64,000 bases of DNA from Patescibacteria group bacterium (GTDB lineage: Bacteria > Patescibacteriota > Microgenomatia > UBA10105 > UBA927), in NCBI GenBank assembly GCA_049322955.1, contig JBMOPU010000012.1, forward strand, positions 19,581 to 83,580. The letters are read 5' to 3'. Numbering within the stretch: position 1 is the first letter of the stretch; every line of letters starts with the position of its first letter. Positions 58,528 to 64,000 of the stretch are shown here, piece by piece. The notes under the pieces are model-generated. The model was not told the origin of the DNA, made no database searches, and saw only the letters and a program-made list of their open reading frames with translations. A program made the position numbers and the translations under genes.

Positions 58528-59575
58528 TGCCACATACCAAAACCTCTTTTCGCCATCAAAACGAATTGCCATAATAGGCGTTAAGGGTATGCCGCCGGAG
58601 TTTGCCGGAACTTCCGGGGTTGAGTTTTATGTCGCAAGAAGACTACCGGCGCTTCGTGCGCTCAAAAAGTCCGTCGTGTGTTATGTTCGTGCATGGGCGA
58701 CGCCTACCAAGCAAAAAAAGTATCAATCGACAACGCTAACAAGACTTCCGAGTATTAATACGGTGCACCTTGATGCGGTAAGCCATTCATTTCTCGCGAC
58801 CGTGCACGCCTGTTTTTCTCCCGTCGACACCGTTTGGTACCAGGCGACGGGCCCGGCACTTTTTGCGCCGGTAGCACGGCTTTTGGGAAAACGGGTGATC
58901 GTAACGATTCACACCAAAGAGTGGGAACGAAACAAATGGGGAGGAATATCCAAAGCCGTCCTTCATGCGGCGGAGTTTTTGGCAATCCGATTTGCTACCA
59001 CGGTTATCACCGTGTCGAAGGATCTTTCTCGGTATCTTACCGAAACCTATGGAATAACGGCCATTGTCGATCCTTTGCAAACGCCGCCCGTCGGTCGTGC
59101 GCCGCTCAACACTCTCCAACAAAAATACGGCCTCTCCCCTCATTCATATATTCTCTCTATGGGAAGGTTTGTGCCGGAAAAACGAATTGAATGGCTTATT
59201 GAGGGGTTTAGTAAACTTCCTCATAAACACGGGTTACGACTGGTTATTGCGGGAGGCGGACATACCCTAAGCCGTTATGAAAAGAAATTGCGGCAACTTG
59301 CCGGTGACGTGCCCGGCATAACGTTCGTCGGGTGGGTGTTCGGGAAAGAAAAAGAGGCGCTTCTGTCCCATTGCCGGCTTTTTGTGCTTCCTTCTCAGGT
59401 GGAAGGAAACCCCATCGTGCTTCAGGAACTTCAGCCTGGTACAATCGCTCTTGTATCGGATGAAGTTACACAAACGGGAACGTCGGCAAAGATATATACG
59501 TTTCCGACGCAGAACAAAGAACGGTTTATACAAACACTAATTTATCTTGCGACAAAAAGGCGAAGGCAACAATGA
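58505..59575 (+). CDS. family GT4 glycosyltransferase
   Basis: GRFVPEKRIEWLIEGF...LVIAGGG and E-x7-E-like C-terminal region. Start set at MPVRLINN (ATG 58505). Confidence 0.6.
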   Translation: MPVRLINNATYQNLFSPSKRIAIIGVKGMPPEFAGTSGVEFYVARRLPALRALKKSVVCYVRAWATPTKQKKYQSTTLTRLPSINTVHLDAVSHSFLATVHACFSPVDTVWYQATGPALFAPVARLLGKRVIVTIHTKEWERNKWGGISKAVLHAAEFLAIRFATTVITVSKDLSRYLTETYGITAIVDPLQTPPVGRAPLNTLQQKYGLSPHSYILSMGRFVPEKRIEWLIEGFSKLPHKHGLRLVIAGGGHTLSRYEKKLRQLAGDVPGITFVGWVFGKEKEALLSHCRLFVLPSQVEGNPIVLQELQPGTIALVSDEVTQTGTSAKIYTFPTQNKERFIQTLIYLATKRRRQQ

Positions 59576-59769
59576 AACCGCTTCAACAACTCAACAAAAA
59601 AATAACGGGAATTATTACCGCGGTTCTTTTTACCGCCGCGTACGTATTGGGAATTGGCGTTGTTGCTGTTTTTGTAAAAATGAGCGGCACGAGCATGCTT
59701 CATACGGCAAACAAAAAAACCTCCTGGCAAAAACCGACGGGAAGCAATCGTCTGGAGAAAATGTTCTGA
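59572..59769 (+). CDS. small hypothetical membrane protein
   Basis: 65 aa, one TM, ATGA-coupled to the GT4 gene. Confidence 0.35.
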   Translation: MKPLQQLNKKITGIITAVLFTAAYVLGIGVVAVFVKMSGTSMLHTANKKTSWQKPTGSNRLEKMF

Positions 59770-59770
59770 T

Positions 59771-61477
59771 ATGAATATTTTGGGAATTTCCTGTTATTAC
59801 CATGACAGTGCCGCGGTTCTTATTCAGGACGGCAAGATAACCGCGGCGATTGCGGAAGAGCGCCTCACAAGAAAAAAACACGATAACGGATTTCCCAAAA
59901 AAGCTATCGCCTATTGTCTTGATTGGGCAAACATAACAATCGACCGCATTGATGCCGTGGCTTTTTATGAAAAACCTCTTGTTAAGTTTGAACGGGTTAT
60001 CGCGCAACACATCGACGGCTTTCCCAGGGGAGCTAAAGCATTCCGCGAAAATATCGGTTCCTGGTTTTCCCAAAAAATGAAGATTGCCGAAACCATGAGG
60101 AAAGAATGTGGATATACCGGACCGATTCGCTATATCCCCCACCACCTGTCACATGCGGCAAGCGCTTTTTACCTGTCGGGATTCTCGGATGCATCAATTG
60201 TCACTATTGACGGCGTTGGTGAATGGGCGACCACAACTGTGGGAGTCGGTCGCGGCAGAACCATACAACTGCAAAAAGAAATACGATTCCCGCACTCCCT
60301 GGGCCTTTTGTACAGTGCGATAACCGCATATCTTGGGTTTGAGGTGAATGATGCCGAATATAAGGTAATGGGATATGCCGCCTACGGCGACCCTCATGTA
60401 TATAAAAGCCAATTTGAAAAGCTGATTACGCTCAACAATGACGGCAGTTTTACGTTAAACATGGAGTATTTTACCTATACCTGGTCGGACAGAATGTATA
60501 ACACGAAATTAGAAAATCTTTTCGGGCTTCCCACGAGACAAAAAGAATCCGGCGTGCAGAAGGAATACGCGGCAATTGCCGCCGGCTTGCAAAAAACCCT
60601 GGAAACCGCGGTTATTCATCTGTTAACAACAGTGCACAAACTTCACAAAAAAGAATCGCTTTGTCTTGCGGGGGGCGTCGCATTAAATTCGGTAATGAAC
60701 GGAAAGCTTTTGGCGAGCACCCCGTTTAAAAAACTCTATATTCCTCCGGACCCCGGCGATGCAGGAGGCGCCATGGGGGCGGCACTCCATACGTATGTTT
60801 CATTGGCCAAACAGCCGGTAAAAAAGGGGTTTTTCCCTAACCTTGGTCCTTCGTATCCCCCGGAACAAATTACGGACATTCTCGACACATACAGGCTTTC
60901 ATACGAGGTTTGTGAAGATGAAGCAGTGCTTGTTGAAAAAACAGCAACTTATCTTGCGGACGAGAAAGTGATCGGGTGGTTTCAGGGACGGACGGAATGG
61001 GGGCCGCGCGCCCTGGGATTTCGCAGTATCCTTGCTTCGGCAGGAAAGGCGGAAATGAAGGAGCTTATTAATATAAAAATAAAACACCGGGAGATTTTCC
61101 GACCGTTTGCGCCGGTAATTATCGACAAGTATGTGCACGAATATTTCCATGCGGACAAGAAGCTTTCGGAGTCGGCAAAATATATGCTTATGGTGTATCC
61201 ATTTACTCCGATAGGGATAAAACGGGTCCCTGCCACGGTACACGTCGACGGTACGGGAAGACTCCAGGTGATACATCGGACGGACAACAGATTATATTAT
61301 GACCTTATTGAGGCATTTCGTAAAAAGACGGGCACCCCGGTTATTCTCAATACTTCATTTAACGTACGGGGAGAACCTATTGTCTGCAGTCCGCGCGATG
61401 CCGTAGAATGTTTCTTGAGGACGGATATCGATTATCTGGTTATCAACCGATACATCGTCCGAAAAACGCATGTTTAA
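59771..61477 (+). CDS. carbamoyltransferase (NodU/CmcH family)
   Basis: MNILGISCYYHDSAAVL start and family-wide similarity over 568 aa. Confidence 0.75.
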   Translation: MNILGISCYYHDSAAVLIQDGKITAAIAEERLTRKKHDNGFPKKAIAYCLDWANITIDRIDAVAFYEKPLVKFERVIAQHIDGFPRGAKAFRENIGSWFSQKMKIAETMRKECGYTGPIRYIPHHLSHAASAFYLSGFSDASIVTIDGVGEWATTTVGVGRGRTIQLQKEIRFPHSLGLLYSAITAYLGFEVNDAEYKVMGYAAYGDPHVYKSQFEKLITLNNDGSFTLNMEYFTYTWSDRMYNTKLENLFGLPTRQKESGVQKEYAAIAAGLQKTLETAVIHLLTTVHKLHKKESLCLAGGVALNSVMNGKLLASTPFKKLYIPPDPGDAGGAMGAALHTYVSLAKQPVKKGFFPNLGPSYPPEQITDILDTYRLSYEVCEDEAVLVEKTATYLADEKVIGWFQGRTEWGPRALGFRSILASAGKAEMKELINIKIKHREIFRPFAPVIIDKYVHEYFHADKKLSESAKYMLMVYPFTPIGIKRVPATVHVDGTGRLQVIHRTDNRLYYDLIEAFRKKTGTPVILNTSFNVRGEPIVCSPRDAVECFLRTDIDYLVINRYIVRKTHV

Positions 61478-61613
61478 AGAGCTCGCCCAATTCATCTGGG
61501 AAAACAAAAAATGGTGGATGATCCCCCCCATAATTATTTTGATCCTTTTTGGCGTTCTGATATACCTCACCACTGCCACTCCCGTAAGTCCGTTCATTTA
61601 TATGCTCTTCTAA
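61470..61613 (+). CDS. DUF5989-like micro-protein (47 aa, single TM)
   Basis: MFKELAQFIWENKKWWMIPPIIILILFGVLIYLTTATPVSPFIYMLF; below the ORF-track size cutoff; overlaps the carbamoyltransferase stop. Confidence 0.5.
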   Translation: MFKELAQFIWENKKWWMIPPIIILILFGVLIYLTTATPVSPFIYMLF

Positions 61614-61617
61614 TCGG

Positions 61618-63366
61618 TTGCAATGTGCGGCTATGAAACAGCTTTTTCTTCGGGCGAGTAAGAGTATTCTTTTTGTGTGGCTCCTTTATCTTTTTTTTGC
61701 GATTATTTTTACCTATCCCGGTATTTTGCACTTCTCAACGAGGGTTATCGGTGACGGAGGCGATAACATCGAATATTATTCCTACACCCTTTTGGTAAAA
61801 GAAAACCTTGGTCATTTGCGATGGCCCTATGGTCACACGACCGCCTTCTGGTACCCCGATGGGTTTGATATGACGACGGGTTCCGAGGCGAAACTTTTTA
61901 CTTTTTTTGTCGCTCTTCTTTCCTTTGTTTTCCCCCCTGTCTTTTCCTACAACACCGGGGTGATCACCGTGCTTCTTCTTAACGCGATTTGTACTTACCA
62001 ATTACTCAAAAAACTCGGATATGCATCCGTAGCATCGTTTATCGGGGGCATGATCTACGGGATGTCTTATTATGTTTTGGCAAAAGCGGGCGGACACATT
62101 AACCTTATGATGGTATTTCCCGTTCCGCTCTTTGCTTCCTGTCTTCTTGAGGCCTACAAAGATCGGCGCATTACCTCATGGTGGTTGCTTCGTCTGGCCG
62201 GGGTATGCATTGCACTTCTCCTTTCCAGCGTCCAGTATTTTTTTATTGTTCTGTCCGTCATGATGCTTCTGTTACCGATTATTCTGTTGGGGATTCGACG
62301 GATACAATCGTTTTCCTTTTTCTGGAGAAATCCGTTATTTGTGGTTTATGCGACGGGCATCGGAGTGGTGGGGTTGATTATTGGAATACCGTATCTCAGA
62401 CTTGCGCAAACATATCCCTTTTCCGACAAGGTATTCGGGTTGCCGCGGTTGGTTGACGCCGCCCACCTCATTTCGCCGAATGATTATCTTATCCCGTTCA
62501 TATATCCGTACCTATACCCTACCCCCCTGCGCGAAGGAAGCATAGAGTATTCCCTATATCTGGGGATTTTTGAAATAGTGATTCTTATTCTATGGATCGT
62601 TTGGGCGAAAAAAAATCGGTACTGGCTCCTTATCTTTTTCTTCAGCATCGCGCTTATGCTTGTCTCTCTCGGACAGCCTCTCCGTACCGGCGGTTTATCC
62701 TTGTACGGATACTTACAGTTATTTTTCCCCTTTTCTATCATTTGGGAGTCCGAACGGTTTTTTATTATCTATTATCTCTTCTTTACCTTTTTCATCACCG
62801 CCGTGCTTCACGCAATGCGAAAAAACAAGGCAATTCTTGTGATTGCCCTGGGGTTTATTATCCTGGAACGGTTTTCCGGGAATTTTTATAACACCGACAT
62901 GAGTATGCTCACCGGAGGCTCTTACGCTCCTATGATTGCAAAAATGCCGACAACCGCGGTACTCGATGTCCCGTTCCTTCGTAAGGATTATCTTGCCGTA
63001 TCGCCCACGTTCTATAATCTGTTGCCGATGCAATACCAAAAACCCATTGTCGGCGGATATTATCATTGGCTGGCGGAAAACAAAACAAACTCAAACCGAC
63101 TCGAGGGCATTGCCGAAGAATTGTTCTGCGACACCACCAGCACCCTATCGGATGAGAAAGCAACGACAATAATCGATGCGCTTCTCGAACGCGGCATTCG
63201 GGTAGTCGTCGTACACAAGCAAATTCTCTACGACGAGAACTGCCTCAGCGGGAGAAATCAGTGGTATGTGCTTTTTGAGCTCCTTACGAAAAAGGCGTCG
63301 GTTTCCCGTGTTTTCGACGACGCTGAAGCGGAAATTTTTTATCTTGAACGGGTGCGGAAACACTGA
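61618..63366 (+). CDS. large polytopic membrane protein (putative GT-C-type glycosyltransferase), paralog-like to the 17683 gene
   Basis: 582 aa, more than 10 TM helices. Confidence 0.45.
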   Translation: MQCAAMKQLFLRASKSILFVWLLYLFFAIIFTYPGILHFSTRVIGDGGDNIEYYSYTLLVKENLGHLRWPYGHTTAFWYPDGFDMTTGSEAKLFTFFVALLSFVFPPVFSYNTGVITVLLLNAICTYQLLKKLGYASVASFIGGMIYGMSYYVLAKAGGHINLMMVFPVPLFASCLLEAYKDRRITSWWLLRLAGVCIALLLSSVQYFFIVLSVMMLLLPIILLGIRRIQSFSFFWRNPLFVVYATGIGVVGLIIGIPYLRLAQTYPFSDKVFGLPRLVDAAHLISPNDYLIPFIYPYLYPTPLREGSIEYSLYLGIFEIVILILWIVWAKKNRYWLLIFFFSIALMLVSLGQPLRTGGLSLYGYLQLFFPFSIIWESERFFIIYYLFFTFFITAVLHAMRKNKAILVIALGFIILERFSGNFYNTDMSMLTGGSYAPMIAKMPTTAVLDVPFLRKDYLAVSPTFYNLLPMQYQKPIVGGYYHWLAENKTNSNRLEGIAEELFCDTTSTLSDEKATTIIDALLERGIRVVVVHKQILYDENCLSGRNQWYVLFELLTKKASVSRVFDDAEAEIFYLERVRKH

Positions 63367-63952
63367 TGACGATAATGACAACGGCGAGGGTAGACACCGA
63401 AAGAATGTCAGCAAATTGTCTCCACCAAGTTTTGGTAAAGCGCAGTAGCAACGTGTGTTCCCCCGGGGGAACGGTGACGGTTATTGTGCCGAATTCGGGA
63501 TGCACTCCCGGGGTGATATATTGTGTGTTGAGTCGGACAGACCAGCCCGGGTACCACAGGGTGGGAATTCCGAGTGTTGCCTCTTCGCGTACCGATACCT
63601 CAACCTGTTTATTGAGGTAAGAAAGCTCTTGTTTCATCACCGTCGCATTCCCCGAAAGCACGCGTACTCCGGATGGTGACCCCGTCGGTTTTTGTTTTAC
63701 CCATATTGGCAGATATTCATCGTCCCATGTCGTTGTTTCATGTGGAAAGGATTCGCGGTAGAACATTTTTGGGTTAAAAAATGATATCTGTGTAGCCATC
63801 ATGAGAGACAGACACAGGAAGTATCCCATAAGGGGCGCATCGTTTCGATTCGCGGTACGGGCTAATGAAAGTAACTCAACGGATACAAGTGCCGAAATAT
63901 ACGCGCCAATCGTAATGAGGAGCAAGTGGATTCGCCAGGGAATGCGAAGCAC
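63284..63952 (-). CDS. hypothetical membrane protein (N-terminus may extend toward window end)
   Basis: 222-aa ORF overlapping the 3' end of the preceding + strand gene by 83 nt; the true start is uncertain. Confidence 0.3.
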   Translation of the reverse strand: MLRIPWRIHLLLITIGAYISALVSVELLSLARTANRNDAPLMGYFLCLSLMMATQISFFNPKMFYRESFPHETTTWDDEYLPIWVKQKPTGSPSGVRVLSGNATVMKQELSYLNKQVEVSVREEATLGIPTLWYPGWSVRLNTQYITPGVHPEFGTITVTVPPGEHTLLLRFTKTWWRQFADILSVSTLAVVIIVISVSAPVQDKKFPLQRRRKHGKPTPFS

Positions 63953-64000
63953 ATGGAGGAGCGGGATGCTATCCCAGATAAACGCGCTCGGTCGAAGCTC

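Noticed and set aside
1-64000. CRISPR arrays, rRNA genes, IS elements with inverted terminal repeats
   Set aside because: No regularly spaced direct repeats, no rRNA-like conserved stretches and no transposase-like ORFs were seen on reading.

Overview
This looks like a small-genome bacterium, tentatively Patescibacteria/CPR. It has many T4SS-pilin paralogs, a VirB4/VirD4/VirB6-type module, an archaeal-type mevalonate operon, leaderless extended -10 promoters and many tiny membrane proteins. The genetic code is standard: TGA serves as a stop inside ATGA stop/start overlaps.

The first ~10.8 kb (1..~10831) is conspicuously AT-rich, roughly 35% GC against about 50% or more elsewhere, and looks like a mobile or integrated element abutting a tRNA-Ser(GGA) gene. 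It carries a SPARTA-like defence pair: an Mrr-TIR-APAZ protein whose stop overlaps the start of a catalytically dead short pAgo. The pAgo gene is missing from the ORF track because it runs off position 1. The island also carries unknown cargo genes with repeated operator-like motifs, a primase-polymerase/P-loop replication protein and a large serine recombinase whose ORF reads through the tRNA.

The rest is chromosomal. There is a minus-strand tRNA cluster of 7 tRNAs, including a Ser-type tRNA that reads as anticodon ACU and an Arg tRNA that reads as GCG. Thiamine pyrophosphokinase, ComFC, and smpB with a putative tmRNA starting 1 nt after its stop follow. Next come envelope proteins including a SpoIID/LytB protein, then an ECF sigma/anti-sigma pair heading a complete mevalonate pathway operon (class I HMGR, HMGCS, thiolase, DUF35, two GHMP kinases, MVD, UppS). 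Eight VirB2/T4SS-pilin-like paralogs lie in two arrays, followed by a T4SS-like module: VirB6-like, a 1213-aa giant protein, VirD4-like, PrgI/VirB3-like fusion, VirB4-like and an M23 peptidase, with nadD embedded. The window ends with dnaN-oriC-dnaA, including three perfect DnaA boxes, and a surface-glycan cluster (O-antigen-ligase-like, GT4, carbamoyltransferase, DUF5989-like micro-ORF, GT-C-like membrane proteins). No rRNA or CRISPR array was seen.
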